Counted from the first letter of the stretch, positions 1 through 8,299 are shown. The stretch is 64,000 nt of DNA from a virus (IMGVR_UViG_3300027896_005002:315488-379487), one strand, 5' to 3'. Program-made: numbers and translations. The notes: generated by a model from the letters alone, not told the origin.

Positions 1-167
1 TTACAATACTTTACATGATTTGACCAACTTGATTTATCTTTAAACGATGTATTACACTTATCACATTTATAATCTTTATTCTGTTTATGTCTCCATCTAA
101 AATGATTTGCAAATAAAGATGATGAACTAAATGGCAATTGACATTCATCACAAAAATAATTTTCCAT
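1..167 (-). CDS. C2H2-type zinc-finger protein, partial (the gene extends past the window start)
   Basis: Minus-strand ATG at 167..165 is preceded by AGGAG. The translation is MENYFCDECQLPFSSSSLFANHFRWRHKQNKDYKCDKCNTSFKDKSSWSNHVKYC. It has two tandem C-x2-C-x12-H-x3/4-H/C fingers. This ORF is not in the supplied track because it is cut by the window edge. Confidence 0.4.
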   Translation of the reverse strand, partial: MENYFCDECQLPFSSSSLFANHFRWRHKQNKDYKCDKCNTSFKDKSSWSNHVKYC

Positions 168-182
168 TATAACTCCTTTAAA

Positions 183-274
183 CGGAAGATGAGAGAATTG
201 AACTCCCAGTCCAATTTTTATTTGGACAACTGTTTAGCAAACAGCCCCGGCGAACCATTATCCGGCTATCTTCC
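183..274 (-). tRNA. tRNA-Ser (anticodon GCU), class II with a long variable arm
   Basis: Hand-folded. Acceptor GGAAGAT/ATCTTCC is a perfect 7 bp stem. Anticodon stem GCTGT/ACAGT closes loop TTGCTAA. Variable arm is GTCCAA-ATAAAAA-TTGGAC. T-arm is GGGAG-TTCAATT-CTCTC. Discriminator is G, as expected for Ser. CCA is not encoded. Confidence 0.65.
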
Positions 275-348
275 AATTATAGAAGTTATAAAGACATAAT
301 CAATTGTATTGCAATTAATTTAACCTCTCTAAGTTTACATTTATATAA

Positions 349-623
349 TGGCTGGCTCGGAGGGTTTCGAACCCCCAACCTACTGGTTACACTTATCTAT
401 ATATTTCTATATAGCGTGGACTTTCTCTTCACCATTTTCTATTTCTAGAATTTAGGTGCACCGTGTAAAGTCTCTACACATAAGAACTTTTAGTTCTCTT
501 GCTCGGGATTGCCATAGATTTCTCTTTAGGTTTCCCCGACTTAGCGGCGAGTTCATCTAAATATTTCTATTTAGAGCTGCGTTTGACCACAGCCAGTCGC
601 TCCGCCTATTGAGCTACGAGCCA
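349..623 (-). tRNA. tRNA interrupted in the anticodon loop by a ~199 nt intervening sequence; probably tRNA-Asn(GUU) if the intron is group I-like, otherwise tRNA-His(GUG)
   Basis: The 5' exon (623..589) reads TGGCTCG-TA-GCTC...GAGC-G-ACTGG-CTGT. The 3' exon (389..349) reads TAA-CCAGT-AGGT-TGGGG-TTCGAAA-CCCTC-CGAGCCA-G-CCA. Acceptor halves are 7/7 complementary and anticodon-stem halves (ACTGG/CCAGT) are 5/5 complementary. Splicing after U35 with the intron ending in G gives loop CTGTTAA and discriminator G, as in bacterial tRNA-Asn. Confidence 0.55.
390..588 (-). other. Intervening sequence (candidate group I-like intron) inside the tRNA anticodon loop
   Basis: 199 nt lie between two perfectly matching tRNA halves. 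The upstream exon ends in U and the intron ends in G, which is consistent with group I rules. It contains short hairpins such as GTGTAaagtctcTACAC. P/Q/R/S cores could not be verified by eye. Confidence 0.4.
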
Positions 624-665
624 GTAATTTGTACAATTTCAAAGAACATAACTTCGAAAATAATA

Positions 666-741
666 TGGTGGGCGCACTCCGAGTCGAACGGAGATAAGAA
701 GATTTTCAGTCTTCCGCCTTGTCCGCGTTGGCAATACACCC
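666..741 (-). tRNA. tRNA-Phe (anticodon GAA)
   Basis: Hand-folded. Acceptor GGGTGTA/TGCGCCC includes 2 GU pairs. Anticodon arm is GAAGA-CTGAAAA-TCTTC. T-arm is CTCCG-TTCGACT-CGGAG. Discriminator is A and CCA is encoded. Confidence 0.75.
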
Positions 742-771
742 ATATTTTCAAAGATCATTTATACTCAAAAT

Positions 772-810
772 AAAAAAGGCTCCATCAACATTTGTTGGTG
801 GAGCCTTTTT
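772..810. terminator. Bidirectional rho-independent terminator-like hairpin
   Basis: AAAAAA-GGCTCCA-(14 nt loop)-TGGAGCC-TTTTT. The A-run and T-run flank a 7 bp GC-rich stem. Confidence 0.5.
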
Positions 811-1518
811 ATAAATAATCGCCGATTATTTATTTAAGCAAACTCCACCAATTCGTTTTTGCTATTAAAGCAAAAACTACTAAACATGTTATTATTACAT
901 GTTTTGGTGTAGTTTTTCATTATTTCCTCTTAAAATTAAAGTTGGCTGGCGACCCATATTCAACATCGACTTGTGATCTTCATTTTCGCCAGCTAAACCT
1001 GAAGAATAAATTCGATGTTATTAAATGGTTTTATTATAAGGCGCCCTACTTTGGGCGCCATTTTCCTCAGCTTATACCCTACGACTTAGTAGGTTGATTC
1101 TTTCGAATCTCTCAAAATTTACGCAATTATAAATATAATATAAAAAAACTATTTTGTACAATTATTTGTAGGAATATAAATCCAACATAATAAAACAAAG
1201 CTGACTACTTCTATTGTTGGTAATAAATGTTCCATAGTTTATATAATCACTTATTTATCGAAGAATGGCCTATAATCAATCTTCGAATCACTTTCTATAA
1301 TTTTCCAATCACTTCCTCTTTTTTTAGAAGTTTTTTCAATCTTGCCATTATTCTTTAAAGTAATAAGGTTTGACCAGGTTAATCCATAATCAGCAAATGC
1401 CATTGGATTTTGTTCTTTTTATAAAAGAATTTATCAAAAATCAAATAAGAGAGATAATCTATGACTCCCAAGAGAATAAAAGAAGTTTTCATTTTTTATC
1501 CTTTGGTTTGTGGTAAAA

Positions 1519-1596
1519 TCAGCGGGGGTGGCTTCGAACCACCGCACTCCTCCATGTTTTAGAGGTGCTCTGATAATCCAGCTGAGCTACCCGCCG
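1519..1596 (-). tRNA. tRNA with canonical acceptor and T arms but an atypical D/anticodon region; anticodon unresolved
   Basis: Acceptor CGGCGGG/CCCGCTG. T-arm GGTGG-TTCGAAG-CCACC. D-stem GCTC/GAGC has a 13-nt loop. Anticodon arm is CCTCT-AAAACAT-GGAGG and lacks U33. Discriminator is A. The fold is 78 nt. Confidence 0.45.
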
Positions 1597-1604
1597 TTAT
1601 ATTT

Positions 1605-1781
1605 TTATATTCAATAAAAAGTCGAAGATTGGTCTTTAATCTCAATTTTAGCTAATCTTCTAGCTCTTTTCTTTGACTTTCCATTGTGGTATTCTTTTTC
1701 CCACCAATTTACATAGCCTTTTGGAGGATGATTATCGGGCATATTTGCAGGATGCTGAGGTTGTAGTCCATATTTTTTCAT
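1605..1781 (-). CDS. small hypothetical protein (58 aa), not in the supplied ORF track
   Basis: Its ATG overlaps the TGA of the upstream gene (ATGA) at 1778-1781. The translation is MKKYGLQPQHPANMPDNHPPKGYVNWWEKEYHNGKSKKRARRLAKIEIKDQSSTFY. It lies in the same minus-strand operon. Confidence 0.3.
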
Positions 1782-2050
1782 TTCATATCAATACGATTAA
1801 GAAATTTCATTGTATTAGATCGAGGAGAATTTCGTCGTTCGTCAAAATTAAAAATTTGAGTTCTATCAGGACCTTCACCTTTATAAATAGTACAATGAAC
1901 ACTATTATATAATTTAAGTAAATCATGTCTTACTTGTGTACGAAATTCTTTTATAGCAGTCACGTCATTTTCAAATTCTCGAACTGCATATTGAGATGGT
2001 GCAGTATTTTGATCATTCATTTTTTCAATAACTAAAAAATATCTTATCAT
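1778..2050 (-). CDS. hypothetical protein
   Basis: 90-aa ORF. Its start abuts the stop of the Cas4-like gene, and ATGA overlaps occur at both ends. Confidence 0.4.
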   Translation of the reverse strand: MIRYFLVIEKMNDQNTAPSQYAVREFENDVTAIKEFRTQVRHDLLKLYNSVHCTIYKGEGPDRTQIFNFDERRNSPRSNTMKFLNRIDMK

Positions 2051-2051
2051 A

Positions 2052-2852
2052 TCAACGATCCTTTTTTAAAAATGACTTTAAAGACTCATTGATATTATTC
2101 TCACAATCAACCCAATTACAATATTTACAATGATCACCTCTATTTTTCTCAAATTTATTATTTTCAATTGCATCAAACATCTTTTCTACTTCATTTGATA
2201 CAATCATATAATCTTCATCTTTTACTACAATGTCTATAATCTTATTCTCTTTTTTAGATGGATGTACAAATCTTACTTTCTCTTCCACAAGACCATACCT
2301 TTTGTACAAGGCCCAACTATAAATTAATCCTTGCATTCTATATTTCTCTACATCATGTTTTCCTGTTTTCCAATCTAAAATATTGAGACATCCATGTGAC
2401 TCAATAACTAAATCCATGAACCCATGCATATTTATTTCAAATCTTTTATTATTATATGGTAATAAAAATTCTAATTCAATTCCTTTTTTGCCGTCATTAA
2501 AAAGATAAACTTCATGTAACCAATCATGTTCTTTGGCCATTGCTACCCAGTTTTTGATCATTGTAAATCCAGTAGCTTTACTATATTTTAATTCTAATTG
2601 TTCTGCTTGTTGTTGTTTTGTTTCAATATCAAAAAATTTGGGCCAATTCTCAAATAATGTTTTAGTATTGCTAAATCTACCGGTATTATAAAATTTTTGA
2701 AGTAATTTATGAAGAGCCTGACCAAAAACTAGATGTACACTTGGTAATCTAATAACTTGACGTTTGTCTATTTTGTCTAGTTTGAAGGCCCAAGGACAGG
2801 TAGAAAAATTATTGATTGTAGAAGCAGATAAGTTAAAATGAAGTTTTTTCAT
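2052..2852 (-). CDS. Cas4-like PD-(D/E)XK exonuclease with a 4-Cys cluster
   Basis: N-terminal Cys (STCPWAF). Motifs D-LVIE...LDWKTGK give the D/ExK arrangement. C-terminus has C-x2-C-x5-C (CKYCNWVDC). Confidence 0.6.
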   Translation of the reverse strand: MKKLHFNLSASTINNFSTCPWAFKLDKIDKRQVIRLPSVHLVFGQALHKLLQKFYNTGRFSNTKTLFENWPKFFDIETKQQQAEQLELKYSKATGFTMIKNWVAMAKEHDWLHEVYLFNDGKKGIELEFLLPYNNKRFEINMHGFMDLVIESHGCLNILDWKTGKHDVEKYRMQGLIYSWALYKRYGLVEEKVRFVHPSKKENKIIDIVVKDEDYMIVSNEVEKMFDAIENNKFEKNRGDHCKYCNWVDCENNINESLKSFLKKDR

Positions 2853-4153
2853 TTTTGTTTTGACTGTACATATTCAGTCAAATAACTTATTGCTTTTTCA
2901 TGTTTTGCAGCGGTCTCACTAGCTTTATAGTTAACTTCTTTTTTCAGATTTGCAATAATTGACTTTTTCTCTTCTTCAGACTTTTGTAATTTTGTAGTTC
3001 TGTCTTGAATAAAAGCATCAACATCTTCTTTAGATGCAGTAATATTTCTTATATCACAAATATGATCTAAAAATATTTTTGATTCAAGAGTCTTTTCTAC
3101 ACGACGTTTTGTTTGAGCATAAAAAGTACTTTTTGCGTCTTTAAATTTTTTCAAATATTCTTCTTCACTTGTTGACATACGATACAGAAATTGATTCCAT
3201 TCACCATCTAATTCTCGACCAATCATAACCTCGGGTAAAGGCTCAATTTCCGAACTACTAATACATGCAGCTATTATTCCAGATTCAAAATTATCCTGAT
3301 CAATTTTTTCATAATCTTTTATCAATTTATTTTTAATAGTAGCTTTGTACTCATCAATAGATTGTGAATTTGCAGTAGCAAGTTCTTCAATTGATTTTTT
3401 AATAGTAGCTTCTTTTTTATGAATTGTAGTTGTAAAATCCGCAAATTTGCCATTAAGATCTTTGTTATGATATTCTTGAGGAAATTGAACTTTAATTATA
3501 CCACTAACACCTATTTTCATTTGTAGTAATTGTTCTTCAAATCCAGGGATAAATTTTGTTTGACCTATGACGTATCTAAAATTTTTAGATGCACCGCCTT
3601 GGAATAATTTTCCATCAATTCGTCCTTCATAGTCCATTGTTATGACATCATCAGTTTTTAAATTATATGAATCATCGACTACTGTATATGTTGTATCTTT
3701 ACTTTGAATAGCGCTAACTTGTTGACTAACCATTTGATCAGTGATTTCAGTAACTTTCTTAGTAAAATTCACTTTGTCAATATCAAATGATAATACTTTT
3801 GGTTTCAAAAACACAGTTGCTTGAATTGCTAAAGGTACTTTATCATCAAATTGTCCAAGGACTTCAAAATCATATGCGTCAACAACAGGTAATTGTTTTT
3901 CTTCAATAGCTTTTTGATAAAGAATTGTAAAAATATTTTGATATAGTTTAAATCTGTCAAGACGTTTTTCTGCTTCAGCTCGAGGCGCATGACCTTTTCT
4001 AAAACCAGGAATTTCAATATTGGATTTTACTTTGTCGTATTCTTGATCCATTAACTCTTTTACTACAGTTGCATCTGCAATAAATTTTAATTTATGCGGC
4101 GTTGCTTGTTTTGTCAGAGTTACTTGCATTTTTTCCTCCACATAAGAAATCAA
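2849..4153 (-). CDS. tig: trigger factor (ribosome-associated chaperone/PPIase) homolog
   Basis: MQVTLTK... is followed by the GFRKGHAP ribosome-binding signature (TF: GFRxGxxP). The FKBP-like PPIase block DYEGRIDGKLFQGGASKNFRYVIGQTKFIPGFEEQ...EYHNKDLNGKFADFTTTIHKKE parallels E. coli TF IDFTGSVDGEEFEGG...MIPGFEDG...EYHAENLKGKAAKF. The true start is probably the internal Met at about 4129. Confidence 0.8.
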   Translation of the reverse strand: MISYVEEKMQVTLTKQATPHKLKFIADATVVKELMDQEYDKVKSNIEIPGFRKGHAPRAEAEKRLDRFKLYQNIFTILYQKAIEEKQLPVVDAYDFEVLGQFDDKVPLAIQATVFLKPKVLSFDIDKVNFTKKVTEITDQMVSQQVSAIQSKDTTYTVVDDSYNLKTDDVITMDYEGRIDGKLFQGGASKNFRYVIGQTKFIPGFEEQLLQMKIGVSGIIKVQFPQEYHNKDLNGKFADFTTTIHKKEATIKKSIEELATANSQSIDEYKATIKNKLIKDYEKIDQDNFESGIIAACISSSEIEPLPEVMIGRELDGEWNQFLYRMSTSEEEYLKKFKDAKSTFYAQTKRRVEKTLESKIFLDHICDIRNITASKEDVDAFIQDRTTKLQKSEEEKKSIIANLKKEVNYKASETAAKHEKAISYLTEYVQSKQK

Positions 4154-4277
4154 ATTTTGCTAATTTGTCATTTTTGTTATTATTGTTAACTGTTGGCTTC
4201 GTATAATTTACATTTTTATCTTTTTTACACTTTTTAGCTATTTCAAACAATTCTGGAATTATAACAACTTTTTTCAT
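4092..4277 (-). CDS. small hypothetical protein
   Basis: 61 aa. Its ATG overlaps the TGA of the upstream gene (ATGA at 4274-4277). It also overlaps the tig 5' end. Confidence 0.25.
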   Translation of the reverse strand: MKKVVIIPELFEIAKKCKKDKNVNYTKPTVNNNNKNDKLAKFDFLCGGKNASNSDKTSNAA

Positions 4278-4930
4278 ATAATGCGTTTAAAGCTTAATAC
4301 TTCATCTTTTAAGTTATATTTTACAGGTATAACATTTAATTTTGTTAATTCTTTAGCTACTTGATCAAGAAAACTATTAGCAATAACAACACCAATTATT
4401 TCATCCCAAATTTTCAAAATAAGATTCAACTTAAAATCGAGAATATATTTATCAATTTGTGACACAACACTATAACGTGCTTCATTCTTTTTTACTTCAA
4501 TCAAATACATTGTAGTTTTATCTTTTACAACTATGTCGACAAAGCCGAATTGCGTAGGATGTTCTATATTATAAACAAAGAATTCATCAGAGGCATTAAA
4601 TAGTTTTTTGAGTAAATGGATATTTGTTACGATATTTTTTACTAAATCTTTTTCTTTTTCAGCTCTGTCATCATCTTCTTTAGTTTTTTCAATTTTTTGA
4701 CTATCTTTTTCATAATTGAATGTTTTGACAACTAAGTTATTGTCAACAATATAACCTAATTGTTTTAAATGACTGAATTTGTCACCTAATATGTTAAAAG
4801 CTTTTGGATTGTTTTCAAAATCATCTCGTAACATGCTCAAATACATTTTTGCATTGTTACTTTCGCCAAGTAGAACAGAGTTGTATAAGTAGTAATATAA
4901 GACTTCAACTTCCGTCGTCGTTATCGGCAT
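4274..4930 (-). CDS. putative PD-(D/E)XK family nuclease
   Basis: FGFVDIVVKDK...YLIEVKK is a D-x(n)-E-x-K arrangement. There are no other recognisable motifs. Confidence 0.35.
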   Translation of the reverse strand: MPITTTEVEVLYYYLYNSVLLGESNNAKMYLSMLRDDFENNPKAFNILGDKFSHLKQLGYIVDNNLVVKTFNYEKDSQKIEKTKEDDDRAEKEKDLVKNIVTNIHLLKKLFNASDEFFVYNIEHPTQFGFVDIVVKDKTTMYLIEVKKNEARYSVVSQIDKYILDFKLNLILKIWDEIIGVVIANSFLDQVAKELTKLNVIPVKYNLKDEVLSFKRII

Positions 4931-5135
4931 TTAATACTTCCAACACTTCTTTTAAAATGTTATCAAAATTTTCATTAACAAATTTAAAAATTCGTTGAAA
5001 ACACACTTTTTTATAGCCCGCAATATCTTTCAAATAATGACCGACAGTAGCAGTTATTAAATCTTGAACCATATCTCTATCAAATAATTGTTGATTTTTT
5101 GATCTATAATCAGTTTGTTCCATCTTCTTCTTCAC
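4905..5135 (-). CDS. hypothetical protein
   Basis: 76-aa ORF within the same operon, upstream of the 218-aa gene. Confidence 0.3.
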   Translation of the reverse strand: MKKKMEQTDYRSKNQQLFDRDMVQDLITATVGHYLKDIAGYKKVCFQRIFKFVNENFDNILKEVLEVLNADNDDGS

Positions 5136-6531
5136 CTACAATCTGTGCCATCACATCTTGATTTTCATTAGATTCCGGATCATATTCTATTCTCATAACA
5201 TCAAATTTTCTTTTTAAATACAATGTTGGTCCTTTACCATCTCTATATTTTATTATTGTCAATTTCAACCATTGCTGATCATCAGAAATAATACCTATCA
5301 TTACATCACTATTTTGACCAAGCCTATCAGAACTAGCAGAATCCATAGCATCCATGTCTCTGCCTTGTAAATGTCTCTTGTGACCTTCTCTATTAATTTG
5401 GTTTGCAGTTATCACAGGAACATCTAATTTTCGTCCTAATAATTTAAGGTCCCAAGAAATTTCACCTACAGGATCATCATCATTTCTTTGATTGGGTACC
5501 ATTAAATAGATAGGATCAACAATTATTAAATTAAATTTCTTTTTTGTCGCCTTTTCATAAGTATTAATTCTACTTTCAATAAAATTAGCAGAACATTTTG
5601 ATGGCGCATCTAAAATGACAAAATCACTTTCATATTGTGATTTAATTTCTTTAATTTTCTCTTCAAAAAATATTAATTCTTCTGATGATAAATGTTGAGA
5701 ATTTTTGATTTTAAAATATTTAACACCTGTCATTCTAGAATATAATCGTCTCTTTTGCTGCTTTATTGGCATTTCAATTGAAACATATAAAACATTATTG
5801 CCTGCAATCCAAGCTGAATATGCAAAATTTAATAATACAATTGATTTTCCTTGACCTGTTCTACCAATAACAGTTATTAAATCACCTTTTTGCCAACCAT
5901 TAGTTGCCAAAGTCAAGGGTTCTATTCCAGTGTCAATTCCTTTATATTTTTCAGGATTATTATGCATGTCTCTAATTTCATCAATATCTTTAGGAACATT
6001 TGCAAAAGCATCCTCCTGAATTATACGCTCTTTACTATTTTGAATATTAACTACTTCAATAGTGTTTTCTAATTTTTGTATTAATGGTACAGCACTTACA
6101 CTTGCAGCACCTTCTTTTATAGCTTTTAATGTGTTTAAAACATCTGTTGTTGTATCAAATACTTTTCGTAATTGATGTAAGTTTTTAAGTTCATCAATTA
6201 AGGGTAATAATTCTTCTTGTTCAAAAGTTTTTTGTAAGATCTTCTCTAATAAGGCATTAGCATCTTCAATTGCTTGATCTTTTTTATATTTTTTAGTTAT
6301 TTTCTGACGTAATAAATCAACTGTTAAAGCAGCAGAATATGAAAAATAATGTTCTGTTATAGCAGTATATAACCAAGATCTAAAGTCAGATGTGAAGAAA
6401 TCCGGAGAAACATTACTATTTATAGTTAATTCAATATTTCTTATTACAAGTTCTTGCGATAAATTTTCATTATTTAAGAGACCTTTGAATAATTTATTTT
6501 CACTTCTTATAGATACAAAAAGAGCCGACAT
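5110..6531 (-). CDS. dnaB: DnaB-family replicative DNA helicase
   Basis: Walker A is GRTGQGKS. The DnaB C-domain context is LITVIGRTGQGKSIVLLNFAYS...YVSIEMP. Walker B is LIIVDPIY. Confidence 0.85.
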   Translation of the reverse strand: MSALFVSIRSENKLFKGLLNNENLSQELVIRNIELTINSNVSPDFFTSDFRSWLYTAITEHYFSYSAALTVDLLRQKITKKYKKDQAIEDANALLEKILQKTFEQEELLPLIDELKNLHQLRKVFDTTTDVLNTLKAIKEGAASVSAVPLIQKLENTIEVVNIQNSKERIIQEDAFANVPKDIDEIRDMHNNPEKYKGIDTGIEPLTLATNGWQKGDLITVIGRTGQGKSIVLLNFAYSAWIAGNNVLYVSIEMPIKQQKRRLYSRMTGVKYFKIKNSQHLSSEELIFFEEKIKEIKSQYESDFVILDAPSKCSANFIESRINTYEKATKKKFNLIIVDPIYLMVPNQRNDDDPVGEISWDLKLLGRKLDVPVITANQINREGHKRHLQGRDMDAMDSASSDRLGQNSDVMIGIISDDQQWLKLTIIKYRDGKGPTLYLKRKFDVMRIEYDPESNENQDVMAQIVGEEEDGTN

Positions 6532-7263
6532 TTATTTACCTTTTTTCCCAATTTTTAATTGCTGTACTAATTCTTTTGATTTTTTCTCTCTAATGTCTTT
6601 TCCAACTACTTTCAATTCAATCAGATTTGACTTAAATAATGTAAGTAAAGATTCATTAATAGTATCAGATTCAGAATCAATTCCATATTTAGATGTTAAA
6701 ATAGTTGTTTTCTTTTGATTGCTTCTTGTCACAAATAATTTATCTAAAAATTGTGTTGATTGATTATTATTCTGTGTATGATAATTTCTATCAATATCAT
6801 CAACAACTAAAAAATCGACATTTGTAACGATATATTGATACTTTAGTTTTAAATTAAAATCTTTCCATCCAGAAGTCACAAAATCAACTAAATCATTCAT
6901 TGAAATAAAATAAGCAGTATACTTTAATTCAATTGCTTTTTTAAGTACAACAATTGCTGCTGTTGTTTTTGCTAAACCATACATCCCTGTTATAAACAAT
7001 CCAGTTCCATTTCGAGCAGCCTTTTCAATATTATTATAATATAATGTAAAATTTTCAATGGCTTCATCATTAGCAATATCATTACTCCAAGTCTCTAATA
7101 CGCTCTTGAATGTATAGTTATAATAATTAGCCGGTATATTTGCAAGTATTAAATGCCGTTTAACCTCATTCTGTTCATCTTTTAACATGTATCTTGAACC
7201 ATCTAATTCAGACATTTCATACATTCTAAAATAATGATCTAAAAATTTTCTCTTCTGGTTCAT
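6532..7263 (-). CDS. DnaC/IstB-like AAA+ helicase loader
   Basis: LFITGMYGLAKTTAAIVV is a P-loop variant. Walker B is FLVVDDID. It sits immediately downstream of the dnaB-like gene. Confidence 0.55.
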   Translation of the reverse strand: MNQKRKFLDHYFRMYEMSELDGSRYMLKDEQNEVKRHLILANIPANYYNYTFKSVLETWSNDIANDEAIENFTLYYNNIEKAARNGTGLFITGMYGLAKTTAAIVVLKKAIELKYTAYFISMNDLVDFVTSGWKDFNLKLKYQYIVTNVDFLVVDDIDRNYHTQNNNQSTQFLDKLFVTRSNQKKTTILTSKYGIDSESDTINESLLTLFKSNLIELKVVGKDIREKKSKELVQQLKIGKKGK

Positions 7264-7304
7264 GATTAAATCATATACCTTTTCAAACTAAAATTTTAAA
7301 CATA

Positions 7305-7330
7305 AAAAAGCCTTTACAAAAGGCCTTTTC
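7305..7330. terminator. weak intrinsic terminator/attenuator-like hairpin
   Basis: AAAAAA-GCCTTT-aca-AAAGGC-CTTTTC lies between the putative initiator gene and the loader gene. Confidence 0.3.
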
Positions 7331-7341
7331 AAAAATGACTT

Positions 7342-8229
7342 TTATTTTAACCATTCGTAGTTATGAAAAATTTCATCTTCTCTACTATCTTGTTTCAATA
7401 TTTCTTCACCTTTATGCCAAATAGATTTTAATTTATCAAATTGTTTACTTTCTAGTAATTTGGCATAAATTATACTTGATTCAATCTTGCCTAATGCTAC
7501 CTTTATTGCAAAATTTCTTTCACCATCATTTTTATTTTTTTCAACTTCTTTTATTGATACATCATCCGGTTCAAAATCATGTTCCATGTCCATTCCTTGG
7601 GCGATTCTCAGCACATATTTAAATCCTCTTAAACCGGCAATTTTTTGGTCATTATTATACTTCTTACAAACCTCTTTAATAACACTATTTTTATATTTTA
7701 TAAGACCAATTAAAAAAGTGCCTAATTTAGATAATGTAAAAGATTTTTCTCTCTCAATATGATATTGTTGTAATAATTGAACTGTTTTACACAGGCTTTT
7801 AAATAATCTATCATCAATATCAACAAATATCTGTCGTATTTTTCTCTCAATAATATCATTGTCCAAATTAATTACATCAACATTATTTTCATGATTAATG
7901 CTAAAAATTGTTACTCTTAATCTTCGCAACTTAATAGGTTGATTATCAAATAATAAATTGTCATTTTTAATCTTGTTACTATTTAAAATATAAATCGTTT
8001 TGTGTTTTTTCTCTTTTTTTATCACTAAATCATGTTGTACTAATTCATTAAAAACACTATTTGCAAACAATATAGTAGTTCCAATTGCTCGTTTTAATGC
8101 TCTATTACTAAGTATTTTTACGTCTCTATCTGATGACTTACTCAAATATAGCATTTTTAATAAAACTTTAATAGCATCACTACTCAAATCATTGATATAT
8201 TTTTCAAAAAATACAGTCTCAATATTCAT
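7342..8229 (-). CDS. putative replication initiation / DNA-binding protein
   Basis: Its position upstream of the DnaC-like and DnaB genes is typical of phage O/DnaD-like initiators. There is no diagnostic motif. Confidence 0.3.
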   Translation of the reverse strand: MNIETVFFEKYINDLSSDAIKVLLKMLYLSKSSDRDVKILSNRALKRAIGTTILFANSVFNELVQHDLVIKKEKKHKTIYILNSNKIKNDNLLFDNQPIKLRRLRVTIFSINHENNVDVINLDNDIIERKIRQIFVDIDDRLFKSLCKTVQLLQQYHIEREKSFTLSKLGTFLIGLIKYKNSVIKEVCKKYNNDQKIAGLRGFKYVLRIAQGMDMEHDFEPDDVSIKEVEKNKNDGERNFAIKVALGKIESSIIYAKLLESKQFDKLKSIWHKGEEILKQDSREDEIFHNYEWLK

Positions 8230-8299
8230 ATTAATAAATATTTATTTTTTTACTAAATCAATTTACTTATACTTTGAAAACAATGGTGATTATTAAGCT

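Noticed and set aside
349-623. Alternative identity tRNA-His(GUG) for the split tRNA
   Set aside because: Not fully rejected. The His registers would make the intron end in A and the exon end in G, or require G37/U38, with discriminator G. The Asn register satisfies the group I U/G rules and matches bacterial tRNA-Asn (loop CUGUUAA, G73). Both identities are reported.
940-1100. Possible fifth tRNA around 940-1100
   Set aside because: No acceptor/T-arm pair could be folded. Only simple hairpins were found.
1673-1912. Plus-strand 79-aa ORF from the track
   Set aside because: It lies antisense to a coupled minus-strand operon (1605..1781 and 1778..2050 with ATGA overlaps). It has low-complexity composition and no RBS.
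3829-4017. Various short ORFs nested in or antisense to long genes. Examples: 3829..4017, 4804..4998, 5890..6072, 6392..6718, 7487..7762, 8000..8296, 10234..10452, 12030..12275, 16574..16780, 16853..17047, 20028..20225, 22187..22468, 24255..24515, 27152..27400, 31688..31897, 33593..33790, 33902..34285, 34463..34969, 35793..35990, 37184..37375, 38336..38560, 39588..39770, 43883..44098, 45623..45928, 47159..47344, 47432..47617, 48591..48785, 49772..49966, 52071..52289, 55244..55528, 59103..59303, 62633..62875.
   Set aside because: They lie fully inside well-supported long ORFs on the same or the opposite strand. Their composition is AT-rich artefact-like (runs of I/L/F/K/N) and they have no RBS. 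They are treated as spurious.
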